From NCBI RefSeq assembly GCF_964204645.1, contig NC_134029.1, positions 11,434,850 through 11,498,849 of the forward strand: a stretch of DNA of 64,000 nt, written 5' to 3'. This document shows, in pieces, positions 51,101 to 64,000 of this stretch. The notes beneath the pieces are model-generated. The model was not told the origin of the DNA, did no database searches, and saw nothing but the letters and a program-made list of their open reading frames with translations. Both the position numbers and the translations under genes were made by a program. Numbering within the stretch: the stretch's first letter is position 1; each line of letters begins with the position of its first letter. The DNA is from Tubulanus polymorphus (taxonomy: Eukaryota > Animalia > Nemertea).

Positions 51101-51124
51101 ATATCGGTACAGGCGGTCAAGGGG
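48111..51124 (-). mobile_element. Full-length piggyBac transposon (3014 bp)
   Basis: TTAA|CCCCTTGACCGCC...GGCGGTCAAGGGG|TTAA, with a transposase inside. Confidence 0.97.
48597..50898 (-). pseudogene. piggyBac (PGBD4-like) transposase, two exons (50601-50898, 48597-50419), single in-frame TGA at 49185-49187
   Basis: DDD triad SIDEA, VDNFYTS, MGGVDLKDQ and a C-terminal Cys-rich domain. A GT-AG intron at 50420-50600 restores the frame. Confidence 0.92.
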
Positions 51125-51814
51125 TTAACAATCAGTTATATAATACTTTATTCATATCTTTGAAGCGGCGCACCGGCAGCGAAAGCTCAAGCAAGGTCAG
51201 TCACGTAGGCCAATGATAACACGAAACATACCACGGTTTTGCCTTTTAAGAGCTTCTCTCAAAATAAATTAGAGGGACTGTAATGGACCATTTGTTGACA
51301 CTAACCTTTAATAAACTTCGTAATGGACTTCGTAATTCCACCCTATAATTCCACTATTCAATGATCGACGCGCAGCTTAAACATGGCGCCGCCATTTAAA
51401 ACGCTTGTCACAATGTATCTCTACACACATCAAAATCACACTTGAATTACAAGTGTTAACTGATGAGAAACAATCCAAACCTAGCAATTTGATTGGGAAA
51501 ATAGCAGCACTATAGTTGAAAAAAGTTGATAAATCACCTCCGACTGTCTAATCATTTAAAAAGCTTTGCCTTCACATGGAACTATTTCGACCTTATCACA
51601 GGTGCACTCTGCCGCCGTGATTCGCCCCTTCAACGATAAAAACTTTCCCACGGTCTTACTATCGGCATTTTCTAATAATATAGGGAAATATTTTTAAAAA
51701 GCGAAATTTCACACTCTGCATTAATGAGATTATAGTATTTATTCGTTTGACAAATCTTCCTCTGAACTCCCACCAACAAGTTATAAGTGGCAACACGAAA
51801 ATGATGTCATCGAC

Positions 51815-52145
51815 TCACATAACACACATTACATCACAATAACACACATTACATGTGTGAAAGGAGTGAAAGACACACAAAACACATGTGATTCCAGCCA
51901 TCACACGTGTGATCTGTGTTGTGGAGCACATCACGTGTGTGAATAACACATGATTACATGTGTGATTCTGAAATACATGTGTGATTCTGAAATACATGTG
52001 TGATTGAGAAATACATGTGTGATTCACACATGCGATTGGCTCAACAACACAGATCACATGTGTAACCGCTAGGATCACACATGTCATTAGAATAACACAC
52101 ATGTGATTAACATCAATTATTCCAATCTGCAACACAGTGTGATCA
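51815..52145. repeat. Low-complexity CACATGTG/TGTGATT-rich degenerate repeat
   Basis: Repeated ACATGTGTGATT motifs. Confidence 0.7.
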
Positions 52146-52373
52146 TTTCGGATATAGAATCCATTTTGGAATAAGAATATTACCATAACTGTACTCATTA
52201 TTTCAACATTTTCAACCCATGGTTAGATTTTACACTGCCGCCCCTACTGTGCAAAAACCAAGTACGAATGTTCACGGACTATTGAGTTTGTATTTTCAAT
52301 CATCTAAATAAATGAAATAAGGTTATTATACGTTTTAACATACGCTGTTGAGTTCTAAAAAAATATAAATATT

Positions 52374-53049
52374 CAACAAGAGCCCCAAGGGGCACTATGG
52401 TCAGCCATAAAATGGCAAATGATGCTTTCTGTGGGTTAAATTTGTCCAAATACACTCCCAGCTCGATAGACTAGTCAATCCCAGGCTAATAATTTACACA
52501 ATTCAATCGTGCTTTCATAGGTAGTACAGACAGCGACTGGAGCTGGCAGGAACAAATACCTCAGATAAATCTTTTCCCTTGGTCTTAGTGATTTGAATGC
52601 GGAATAGAATAGAATTTTCTGAAATTTGCTCAATAAAAAAATATTGAATTGGATTTGCTGTTTTACCTTGTTCAATGAAGTAAAATTGAATTTCGATTTG
52701 AGAAAAAGCTATTTTTCCCGGACTTTGCTCAAATGTCAATGATATTTTCTGTAATGTTAATAAAAACATTCCTCCTAAAAACCAAATCAACTAAAGATTT
52801 CACAGAAATCGATATTGAAATACAATTTTAGATCTTAAAATAAAACCCGAAAGTAAAACCGTAGACGATACCGCGGGTTCTCTTTCAAAATTCAGCTTCA
52901 TAGGGGTTGGAGAATGGATAATGCTCTAATGAATGATTTGTATGAATATATGCTCAGTTGCAGTCAAAGAGCCTTTACTCTAGAAGCCATGTCATTTAAA
53001 TTCACTCCATTTGTATAGTAACAGGCTCAGCATACGGCTGGCCTAAAAA
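52374..53049 (+). mobile_element. HINE-like non-autonomous element
   Basis: AACAAGAGCCCCAAGGGGCAC start. The 3' end GGCTCAGC...GGCCTAAAA is shared with ~24770-24820 and ~57590-57652. Confidence 0.6.
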
Positions 53050-53054
53050 CCTTA

Positions 53055-54473
53055 GGCCATCCCAAAATAATGGTCTGTTCGTCGTAACCCCACCGACCTG
53101 ATTTCATACGTACCGAGTGAAAACTTTTTCCTCGGATTCATTGAAATAAATTTCATTTTTGATAAAAACGGCCGACTGACCGACCCAATGCTGATGTATG
53201 AGCTACGTATGTTTGAAGTCAAGTGTGCATCGTGTGAAAACATGCCTTGACGTGTGGCCTAGTTTTAAGCTTTCCCGGAAACTGGCAGTGTTCCAATAAG
53301 CTGCCATTCATTCTTAGGCACTTTTTTTCTAATTACTTGGATTTCGGATCCACCGCCCGGAATTCCCAGTCTTCTTGAATAAAGAAAAAAGTTTTCTAAT
53401 TTTTATGTCTGCTACCCGCCATAACAAAAAAACTGAAATAAGAAAAATATAAATCTTTTATCTCAGTTTCTTTTGGTTCCCCGCAAGTATTTTCTATCCC
53501 AGAGCGAAATTTTTTTTCAAATTGCAAGCAAATTACACACGTATTGCAAAAATGCGTTCGTTCGGTTAAGCTGACTGTGCCAGGACTCGAGCCCTCAACG
53601 GTATAACCCGCGACAAATAAATTGTGCTGTCATGTGCTGCCACTTGGCACTGAAACATGGCCTGTTTGTAAATTATGTATTGTTATTTAAAAACTTGACG
53701 CAACTAAAATACATGTGAAGCTTGGAATCTAATCAGCGTGTCAATTTAATTCTATTCTTTTTGGATTTATAAACTGTCTAGTGAAATGGTGTAAGTTCCA
53801 GTCCGTAATAGTCTGACACATAGTTGCGATACATCTATATTTAATAACAGGGTTTTACTGACTACTAGATGTAGATTGATTAATAGAGAGCCATTAGCTA
53901 TCCTATATACTTGAGATAAAACTGGAATTCTTACATGACTGGATTCTCGGCGATCGATCTGAAATCCAAGCAATTCATAAAACAGCTCAATACTTTGGAT
54001 TCTTAGATTCTTAACTGAAAAATGTCATTTTTAAATATTTTGTGGATTCCTGAAGAAATAGGTTAAAAAGGAAAAAGGTTTTTTTTTTTGTTCCACCCAG
54101 ATAAGTTTTTTTATTTATTTTTTCCCTTTACCCCACCAAAGATTTCCTCCCAAAATCCAGAAATCCAAGTAATTGAAAAAAGCACCTTAGTGACTATATT
54201 AAAACTGGTAACATAAAAGCGCGCATATATACTAAGTACTGTTTCATTTTGAACACAGAGATGAGCTTTGGACGATGTTATGATTTTAGAATTATTCTTG
54301 AAATTTAGGCTATTAGACAAATTTCCCATGCACAACGCAGATTTGTGATATTGTTACCATGTAAAAAGGTGATAAATTTGTTTTTTTTTGCCCAAAAATT
54401 TCTACCTTACCTACCGACTCATCCTGAAAACTTGAGTCGACTCTTATTACATGACAATTATTTAGGGATGGCC
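53055..54473. mobile_element. Non-autonomous TIR element (GGCCATCCC.AAATAAT), TA-flanked
   Basis: TA|GGCCATCCCAAAATAAT...ATTATTTAGGGATGGCC|TA. Confidence 0.7.
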
Positions 54474-55350
54474 TAATATCTATATTTTCCTCACAAACCT
54501 TTTTTCACATTTTATGAATGGGGAGTGTTGAGACAAGATGGCCACCAATTGTGTAAAAATAGATTGATCAAAAAGCACTTCAGATATGTTAAACATCCCA
54601 AAAAACTCTTCTGATATTCTAAATATCCCAAAAAAACTCTTCCGATATGTTAAACATCCCAAAAAACTCATTATGAATTCGTATAAATGTTAAACAAATA
54701 ATTAAGATAAGATACAGGTCTTGGAATCCAGGTCAAAAATTATCTTTTTCGACAAAAAAGGACAATCGAACAAATTGTTTTAATGATCATGAAATTTTTA
54801 TCACTTTCCATGGAATAGTCATTGGCTTATGGAATTTATTTTGCATCTGTCGTCGAAAAATCAGTAAGTGACGAGAATATGAACTTCGCTAATACTAATA
54901 ATTTGCCACAGGCAAAGTGGTTTACCCTTCTACTATCTAGAAGAACGTACTATTTATAAATGTATTCATTTAGATTTTCACTTGCGTGGCTGTTAGTTTT
55001 GGTTTAAATATGTCCAGAAAACTATAAGGGCTCTAGGAAGCATGACACAAAATTTGATATTGGCTGTGTTTTAGCAATTCTTTGTATTTAGCATAAAAAT
55101 CCAGGAAGCCAATTAAACAGTTCCAGCCTTGAATGCAGATAGGCCTAGATGATGAGACAGCACAAATACTCATCAGAAACAAACAATAATTTATTGACTT
55201 TTTGAAATTGCTATATAATATATTTCTAGAACAAATAAACATTGAATATTTCATCATACGGGAGTCCCCTACAATTTTGAGGTTTCTGAAAAATGTCAAG
55301 CTCAAACATTCTGAACTGAATATTTTCTGAAAATAGATCAAAGTTAAGGT

Positions 55351-57652
55351 TAAACAAGAGCCCCAAGGGGCACAATGGCCAGCCTGTCAGATTTGCTTTT
55401 TATAAATGATGTAATCTGTTGGTTATATTTATCAATATACACTCCCTGCTCAATATCATTTACATAGTAAAATCGTGTGTTAACACAGACAGCAGGAACG
55501 AATGTAATATAGAAATACGAAGATATTGTATTGTTCAACGCCCCCTGGTGGCCATATACAAAAACCAATGAGCTTGAAACTCACCAAGATCATAGACCAT
55601 GTCATGAGCTACAACTTTCCAATTGATTGTGGTAGCAAAATATGCATAGGTACGAATGTAATATAGAAATACTAAGTTATTGTATTGTTCAACGCCCCCT
55701 GGTGGCCATAAACAAAAACCAATGAGCTTGAAACTCACCTCGATCATAGAACGTCATGAGCTACAACTTTCCAATTGATTATAGTAGCAAAATATGCTTA
55801 AGTATCAATTATGATGTGGAAAAACTTTTTTCCACCTACGAATGAGTACTGATGACTCCAAGATGGCCGCCAAGTGCGTCGTAATTGCCCGGTCAAAAAT
55901 ACCCTCTCGGATATAAAAGATCCCTTTCCAAAGAATACCCACTACAAATTGCAATGAAACATGGCATACCATTAGAAAGCTACAGTACTCAGAATTCAGG
56001 CCAAAATTGACATTTTTGGGAACAAAAAAGGTCACAGTACAGCCATCTTGAGTCCGATCGACCCAATTTTTCTCATGCCGATGGGCCCACGGGGGAAACA
56101 AATATATACGAATTATCAAGGTTATTGATAAAAGTGTCTTCAAAATTTCCCTCGAAAACTTCAAAAATGTGTAAAAAGTGCTGATTTTGGAGAACAACAA
56201 TGGCTGCCAGTCGGCCATCTTGAATCTGACAGGGCCAGTTTTTGGCCTGAAGATGTGTCTAGGGTAGATACACGTATAAACCAAATATCAAGACATTACC
56301 TTGAAGCCTCTTCAAAACTTTGGAACTCTCACGAACTATCTAGATGGTTATCTCTCGACCTCAATAGCTTCAAGACCCATCTCAAAACAACTTTGTTCCA
56401 TGCAGCATACCATTAACTCTCGGAAAGCGAATTGTATTTAAAATTTGATTGAATTTGCAATATGGGCACATGGCTAATTAGCATATCAAGGTCATACACC
56501 CGATTTGGTAAAACCATTTTTTTCGCGAACCTTGCGCAATTGTCAAGGATGAATTTTCTGTAGAGCAAATAAAAATTCCTCCCAAACACCAAATCAACTA
56601 AAGATTTCATAGAAATCGATCTTGAAATACAATTTTAAATCTTAAAATAAAACCCGGAAGTAAAACAGTAGACGATACCGCGGGTTCACGTGAACACCTG
56701 ATTTCTGTAAACGAAATGTTGGTTGTGACAAAATTGTTCAGACGGTTTTAGGTGGTAATAAGTACGGAAACCTAACGACCATGGTCGACTTATTCGATGA
56801 AATCAGGCCTATGTGATATCCAAATTTTGACTTTTTTATTCTCCAGACCTCCCTGATATAGAAATAAAAAATTTTGGTGGTACGAAAGTGCAATCACAGC
56901 GCCGACGGGGACAGAGCCGTATCAGAGATCGGCGGAATGAAAATTGAGGTGGACGAACACGAAGAAGTAGGCTATTGCGCTACTTGAATCACGAAAACTC
57001 CTGGCGCGGCCCCGACCGGATTTCAATATCACTCCAAAATTCAAAGAAACCTCGAAATAACACTTCCGGTAGATATCCGCGGCTGCCCAACCGGGAAACT
57101 TATTTGTTTCAATAGATATTGATAGGATCCATCATCTTCACGCGTCAAGGGATTCGAACCCACTAAGCTAAAGCCATGCCAGAATCGGGTCGGGCCAATC
57201 ACAGCGCTTGTAACAAACCACATTAGGCTTCTGTGGAATTTCCCAGTAAATGGGCCAATCAGCGAACACGTAGCGAACGCGGAAGTATTGTCGCGTGTTG
57301 ATACATGACGTCATGCGCAAAAGCGCCAGTAATGAAATCGCGATAATTCACGTGAACAGCTGCTGATATTTTCAGATAAACCAATCACAGGGAAGACACA
57401 ACTTCCTGATTGGCTGATAAAAATTGAAATTTTCCCGATTTAACTTTCGTGAAAAATGCAGAAAACATTTTTATGAGACCCTATTTCAAAATTCTGCTCG
57501 CTACGATTCCGAGAATGGATTACGCTTAAATACGTGATTTGTTCGAATATACCCTCACTTGGCAAGCAAAAGAGCCTTTTGTGTGGAAACCATGTCATTT
57601 AAATTCGCTCCATTTGTATAGTAATAGGCTCAGCCTACGGCTGGCCTAAAAA
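55351..57652 (+). mobile_element. Composite HINE-like element with 154-bp core repeats
   Basis: Shares start and end with 52374-53049 and its core with the 34175/59546 family. Confidence 0.55.
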
Positions 57653-59545
57653 CAGAAAATGTCAAAACTTTATTGGCAATAAACTGTTTTTAAAACGGTA
57701 AATTTCCCATTCTAGAAGATCTAAAAACCTTTTGTATTTGGAATTAAGTGGACACACTCCACTCCTTCGCTTACCCAGATACCGTAATGTATATTACATA
57801 AATATACATTATTGTAATGGTTTTACGTCAAGAAACAGCGATTTTACCAGACCTTAACTTAGTTATATAATATTTTAAGGTTACCTTAAAATATTAATGT
57901 AAGTATCCATCAACGAAGTATATAACGAAATTAAAAGAGGAGCACACTTATTTATAGTTGCCACAGAAATAGTTCAAATGATTATTCACAACAATAAAGC
58001 GTTCCTGATGAAGCTTATTTCAATTAAAACCTTCTTTATTAGGAACAGAAAGCGTATGACAGTATTTACAATACGCGCTAGGAGCGCAGTAGTGTAGTGC
58101 GCGGTAATATGTGAATACAGAGTATACATACACTTTGTCATGCACTGAGGATTGTATGTACGTTAGATATATGGATTACACACCAGCTGATTAACGTAGT
58201 GCACGGTTTTTAACGTGTATGGGCTGTTTCCACGAAGAATGCCAATATACTGAGAAAACATCGACAAACACAGTAATTAGCCTACGGAAATAGCAAATTA
58301 AAAAGTGCACACAAATGTGTGGAACCAATTAACTCTCATTTCAACAAAAACGATTCCAAACATTTATCGACTGCCTCTCTCCAAAAACGAAGTTGTCGCT
58401 GCCGGCTAGGGCTGGCACCATCGTCTATTACTTTTTCAAAAAAATAATGTATTTTGTAGTCAAAATAAGACAATGACAAGACAAAGCCAAGCTAGGACTA
58501 TGAAAATTGCCGCACTTAATAAGTTCGAGATACTAACTTAGATAGCCGACTCCATTATAATCCTCACAAATGAACGAACTATAAGCGAACCTAGGTCAGC
58601 ACGAATGTCAAATGAATTGCTCGCCATTTTGTGACTCCCAAAATTATGTCACAGGTGCCGAAATTCCCGGAAATTCCGGCCTGACCTCCGCGCATCAATT
58701 CTACTTGCTTCACGATAAAAGACAACCCATTAGTATTACCACTAAATTTTGTGCCGTGATTTAACATACTCTTGGCAGACTGCCAACCAACAGCCATAAC
58801 ATATGTAAACCAAAAAGTCCATAAGGCAAAAAAATGATACTTATTTATAAAGGAGAACTGTATGCCTAAAAGTGACCCGGCAGGCAGCACTTTATTTTTC
58901 ATTTTTCCCATAAAAAGGAATGAAATTTGCCGTATTTCCATCAGGTGGCCTTTTTTCAAAGAATTCTATGAAACATAAAACACAGCAGTCATCTTCTGCT
59001 ATAATAGCTGATTATTCATAAGTGCATTTTCATGTCAAACGTGTACGCACTAAAAAATCAGCGTTACAGTATCACTATACATAGTAGTGTATACTATAGT
59101 CGTACATGCGTGCGTGTGTAACAGTCTAATGATTAGCTCTCGCGCCACATGGAGGCGTTATGTAAGTGAATATTCGCTTACACTCCAATGTCAATCAAAA
59201 CAATCAACGGGTATTAAAATGAAACAATACCTATGGCGACTAAGTGAAATAATTATATTCTCACCAGCAATAAGCATTTGGAATTAGCATGTGTACGGCG
59301 CCTAGTCCAATGAAACGTTCGGCATTTTGGCTTTCCCATAATCATTTCAATAGCGCCGGAATTCCCCGTATATCCCAAAAACAGCAAATCATATTTGCAT
59401 TTTTTATAACATCGATGAAAACATATTAGTGTTCATTCTACTACTCTTTAGATTATGCAGATCTGTTTGCTTTAAAGAGCATATGCCATAAAAAATAGAA
59501 TATTGTGTAAAATTCATTTTCAAATGTGATGTATTCACAAATATC

Positions 59546-60816
59546 AACTAGGGGTCCAGGAACACCATGCTCACTTGGGAAGTGGTTTCAAATGCTCAAC
59601 AATCTAACAATTTTAATATTCAACACCCCCTGGTGACTATATAAAAAACCAATGACCTCGAAACCTACCACAATCACAGAACATGTCAGCAGCTACGATT
59701 TTGTAATTGATTGTGATAACAAAATATGCCTCGTTACCAATTTAATATGGAAATACTAAGTTATTCTACTATTCAATGCCCCCTGGTGACCATATGCAAA
59801 ACCCAACGACCTTGAAACTCACCACAATCATAGAACATGTCATGAACTACAACTTTGCAATTGATCATGATAACAAAATATGCCTAGGTACCAATCTAAT
59901 AAGGAAATACTAAGTTATTCTACTATTCAACGCCCCCTGGTGACCATATAGAATAACTAATGTCCTCAAACCTCACCACAATCATAGACGATGTCATTAG
60001 CAACAACTTTGCAATTTATTGTGGTAACAAAATATGCATAGGTACAGATACAATATAGAAACACTAAGTTATTGTATTATTCAACGCCCCCTGGTAGCCA
60101 TATACAAAAACCAATTCCTCAAGACCTTGAAATTTACCAAAATCATAGAACACGTTATGGGCTACAACTTTCCAATTGATTGTAGTAACACAATATGCTT
60201 AGGTATTAATATAATGTGGAAAAACTTTTTCCCACCTACCAATGAGTACTGATGACACCAAGATGGCCGCCAATTGCGTCATAATTGGCTGATCAAAAAT
60301 ACCTGTCTCAGGTATAAAACATCCCTTTCCAAAGAATAACAAATTGCAATGAGAAATGGCAAACCAGTAGGAAGCTATAGGACCCAGAATTCCAGCCAAA
60401 ATTGACATTTGTGGGCACTAAAAAGGTCATAGGATGACCATCTGGAGTCCGATCGACCCAATTTTTCTTATGCTGATGGGCCCTTGAGGGATTCAAATAT
60501 ATACAAAACATAAAGGTAATTAATCAAAGCGTCTTCAAAATTTCCCTCAAAAACTTCAAAAATGTGTAAAAAGTGCTGATTTTGGCGGACAACAATGGCT
60601 GCCAGTCGGCCATCTGGATTCTGATAGGGCCAGTTTTTGGGCTGAAGATGTGTCTAGGGTAGATACATGTGTAATCCAAATATCAAGTCATTACATTGAA
60701 GCGTCTTCAAAATTTCCCAAAATAACTGGATTCCGTCTACGGACGGATGGATGCTAAGACGGATGAAAAGTGAACGCAATAGCCCGCTGGGACTAAAGTC
60801 CCAAGTGGGCTAAAAA
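59546..60816 (+). mobile_element. HINE/DINE-like element with four ~154-bp core repeats
   Basis: AACTAGGGG start, core repeats, ACGG microsatellite and 3' hairpin TAGCCC..TGGGACT/AGTCCCA..GGGCTA. Confidence 0.75.
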
Positions 60817-63320
60817 TGGACCTGGTTTGAATTTTAATTACTGAGAAATGTGACTTTCACATCGGCAATTTCAGCACGTGCTCACTGTTATTGTTAATCT
60901 TAGCAGGTGCGTGTTTCTGACGTCCTCTCTGACAAACGCTCACGGCTTCCAATCATTTCACTAGACATTTCATGCGATATTTTACCATTTTGGAGTGATT
61001 TGAATTAATAAACTCTTACCATTGTATAGTGTTGCTATCATTGTATACGACATGATAATCATATATAAGTGAGTAGCGCTGTAGGTCAGTGAATACGGTG
61101 AACAAATGGTGTTTATTATATCGATTATACATAGGCTACGCGTACTAGCGCGCACACGTGCTTGTGTTGTCATAGTTAACATCATAAATAGCACCACCCG
61201 TGGGTTGAATATGAACTATACGCATGGAGTGAAGGATAAATAGATGACTATTCCACTAACTAATACGGCTAATTCGTGCTCCTTTTTTCAAAAAGTCACA
61301 TCTCAGGTCGTTATATGAATACTTAAGTTTCTTCTGGCTAAGAAATCGTGGAAAGTACAATTTTGATGGCATTTGCCCTTTAACAACTGGGCACTACGGT
61401 GAGACTTGATGCCTCGGACAGTGGTAGGCAGGAACAAATACATCATATCGATTTGTTTTGCTTTAAGCTTTAGAGTGATATATGGCTGGTTATATGACCA
61501 ATATCTATCACTCTCAAACTTTCAGACTTTTTGATAATAATTGGACTGATAACAACTGAAAATCGATTAATAACTTTATTTCATTCAAAATAATAATTGC
61601 CCATGGGCCAAGTGGTGTTGTTACCACAGCCTTATGAAGTACAGAGATGAGATGATAAGTCGACTTTCAAAATACCAATACACGATAGAGGGATGCAATT
61701 TGTAATATACGAGTAGATTTGTTGACGGTCAAAAGAATGAACCGTAGCAGCCACATCGGCGCAAATCCAAGGACAGAGCTGCGATACAGCGCCGATTATG
61801 ATTATCAGTAAAGCCAGACCGGTTCCATCACGCGTGTCATGACTGCCCGAACTGTGTCATGACAATGAATGGCGATTACTTATATCCTAAACAATATTAG
61901 TTCACCTGTTCAGTGTTTTCTATGTGCAAATAGAGTATTGCGTAAAAAATTCATCCGAATATTCATACCCATGTTTTATTCACCAAAATAAGCACTGGTG
62001 CACCAAAAATCAATTTTAGAATGCAAAATATTTTCAAATTAATATTTCTATTTTCATACAATATAGATTTAGAATACAAGAATACAAGTTTGGCAAGGAA
62101 AATGTGTTACTAAACAGTCTATCGACGGGACTCCGTAGCAGGTGCGCGTAACTCTGATTGGTTGTTGCGATGCATAGGGAACCCTGTTAATGAGGAATCT
62201 CCAGACCCGACTGTTGCTACGAAATAAGTCTGCAGCAAATGAATAAAAGCACGCCACACTGCCACACAGCTAGGCGATCATTTCGGTCAAACTGTAAAAA
62301 TATAAAGCTTTCACGACCATTGTCTGCAAACTTTCAAACTTAAAGACTCCCACTGACATTCCCAGCACAAAACAAGGAATTTAAGACCGCTACGGTACCG
62401 ACCCTTGGTGCAAGGTAAAAATGGTACGCTTTGGTTCGCGGTGTACATACACTACACGATGCCTACATGCTGGTAATGACTCTCGCGTTTGTCGAGAGCT
62501 AAAAAGTACAGGGTATGGTAAGAAGTTCTTACTGTTTGTCAAATACCATTCTACTAGGCCTGAAGGTCTGCAAGATGTTGGATAATTCCTACCTTCCTGT
62601 TTCTCCAAATTTTTGAGGGTACATCAACTATTCAACTATTTTTCTAAATAGCCAGAATGGAAACAATAAGCAAGAGACTATGCCTAGTTTAGCTGCCAAA
62701 CCTAGGATCATTCCTAACTACCGTGGCTTTTTCTCCCGTGGCTACAAAGCGTTCTATAGAAAAAGCTTTAGTAGATATCAAAGAAACGCCATTAGAATGG
62801 GAAGTTATGATTCAATCATGTGAAAATACTAATTAGGTGCTTTGAATTCACAAGAGGTCCATATGGTCTAAGATAGTGTTTGAAATTGAGTGGATGCATG
62901 AGGAGATGTCAGTTTTATCAGTGAAGCAGCCTCTGTAGCTCAGTGAAATAAGGCGTGATGCTGTTGCTGCTCCACTATCAGTGATGAGTCTTTGAATACC
63001 ACGTTTTTGAAGAAATTAAGTAAATATGTCGCGGCAATATTTACAATCTGTCCAAAATCGGCAATTGGCCACGGCAATCAAAAATTGCTTCCAACGCCCC
63101 TGTGAGTGAAAAGTCGGTTCGAGTCCTGCTGGCTGCTTACAGTGTGCGGGCAACACTTCAAAGGCAGTCCCGTCGTGAGGTTAAAAATGAATAATCCAAT
63201 AGGGAATAGTCTTGGGAAACCAAGATCCAAGCGACGTAAAGCCAAACACAAACAAAACAAACAAACAAAACTAATTCAAGTTTCCAGGGTTTCCCTGAGG
63301 CTCATTTTGTACTGTTAAAC

Positions 63321-63421
63321 AGACATTTTCCCCCAGCCAAAAGTCGTCCTATTTTTGCCAAATCCTGAAAGACATTTTCCCCCAGCCAAAAGTCGTCCTA
63401 TTTTTGCCAAATCCTGAAAGA
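63321..63421. repeat. Tandem duplication of a ~49-bp unit
   Basis: AGACATTTTCCCCCAGCCAAAAGTCGTCCTATTTTTGCCAAATCCTGAA occurs twice. Confidence 0.85.
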
Positions 63422-63466
63422 TTCTTTGAGGGATTTTGAAAATAAATTGATTATTCCTTCTCTTAA

Positions 63467-64000
63467 CACTTTCAGTGCCAAACGACGTAGATCTACGTTT
63501 TTACTAAAAATGCGTCGAGTTCCGAACGATGTAGATCTACGTCGAAATCTTAAATAGCCACAGGGTTTTACCCGCTGGTCTATTTCTATCACAGTTAGTA
63601 CACAGTCGTTTCTACGCGCCTGACATAGACATACTAATAGTACATAGACACACTAATTATAGTAGGCGATCAAGATAACGCAAAATTGGAAGGCTTACAG
63701 CAGGTGAAGCCGCGGAACTTTTGTTGGATTCTGACTCCATTTGGATTTGAACGAGGACTCTGATACACAGTCATCGAACATGTTGTTCCTCGAGCTCGTG
63801 GTCGTGGCAGAGGTCGTAGGCAGGCCAGGCCTACCTTAGCAGCTCAAAGGGCAAATAATCAGTGGGGGCCAGCCACTAGGCAGCCTGTAGTTCAGCTATT
63901 TTAGAATCGCATAGGGCCCACAGATTTGTTTGATGGGGTTGATGACGCATGGGACGTGGCTCGTATATTTTTGCCTGATGAACTTATTCAAATTCTTGTA
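63467..64000 (+). mobile_element. Left end of a second, decayed piggyBac family (cut by window edge)
   Basis: TTAA|CACTTTCAGTGCC and palindromic GTAGATCTAC subterminal repeats. Translation ...RARGRGRGRR...W...IFLPDELIQILV matches a piggyBac N-terminus. Confidence 0.75.

Noticed and set aside
51815-52198. Cys/His-rich 127-aa ORF
   Set aside because: It is a translation of a CACATGTG-rich low-complexity repeat.
57190-57420. Cluster of CCAAT boxes, CGGAAGT and TGACGTCA as a host promoter
   Set aside because: It lies inside a composite repeat with no linked exon, and such motifs are common in these elements.

Overview
This is repeat-rich animal genomic DNA, probably from a bilaterian invertebrate. 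Evidence: GT-AG introns and typical metazoan transposon families. Positions 2.4-20.0 kb hold a decayed, very AT-rich Polinton/Maverick (adintovirus-like) endogenous element. It encodes a chromodomain integrase, a packaging ATPase, a protein-primed PolB, a penton-like gene, a small OB-like protein and a block of membrane proteins, and it ends in a ~260-bp fold-back. A second, PolB-less relative lies at 20.9-22.1 kb and a third relic near 35.6 kb. A ~6.3-kb nested block splits the element. That block holds a Penelope retroelement with a hammerhead ribozyme, a spliced RPA1-like OB-fold gene and MITEs. The rest of the window contains an L2/CR1 LINE fragment, IS3EU-, MULE- and Helentron-type non-autonomous elements and three piggyBac elements. 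The last three exons of a host lipoxygenase lie on the minus strand. The most interesting signal is the Polinton-like element. I see no major capsid or maturation protease gene. Instead it has a membrane-protein cluster whose genes start with TAAATG after stop/T-tract spacers, resembling poxvirus transcription signals, plus a covarying terminal hairpin. This suggests a helper-dependent, possibly enveloped, virophage-like element. That is inference, and the left end of the element is missing. All assignments come from motif recognition by eye; no database searches were run.
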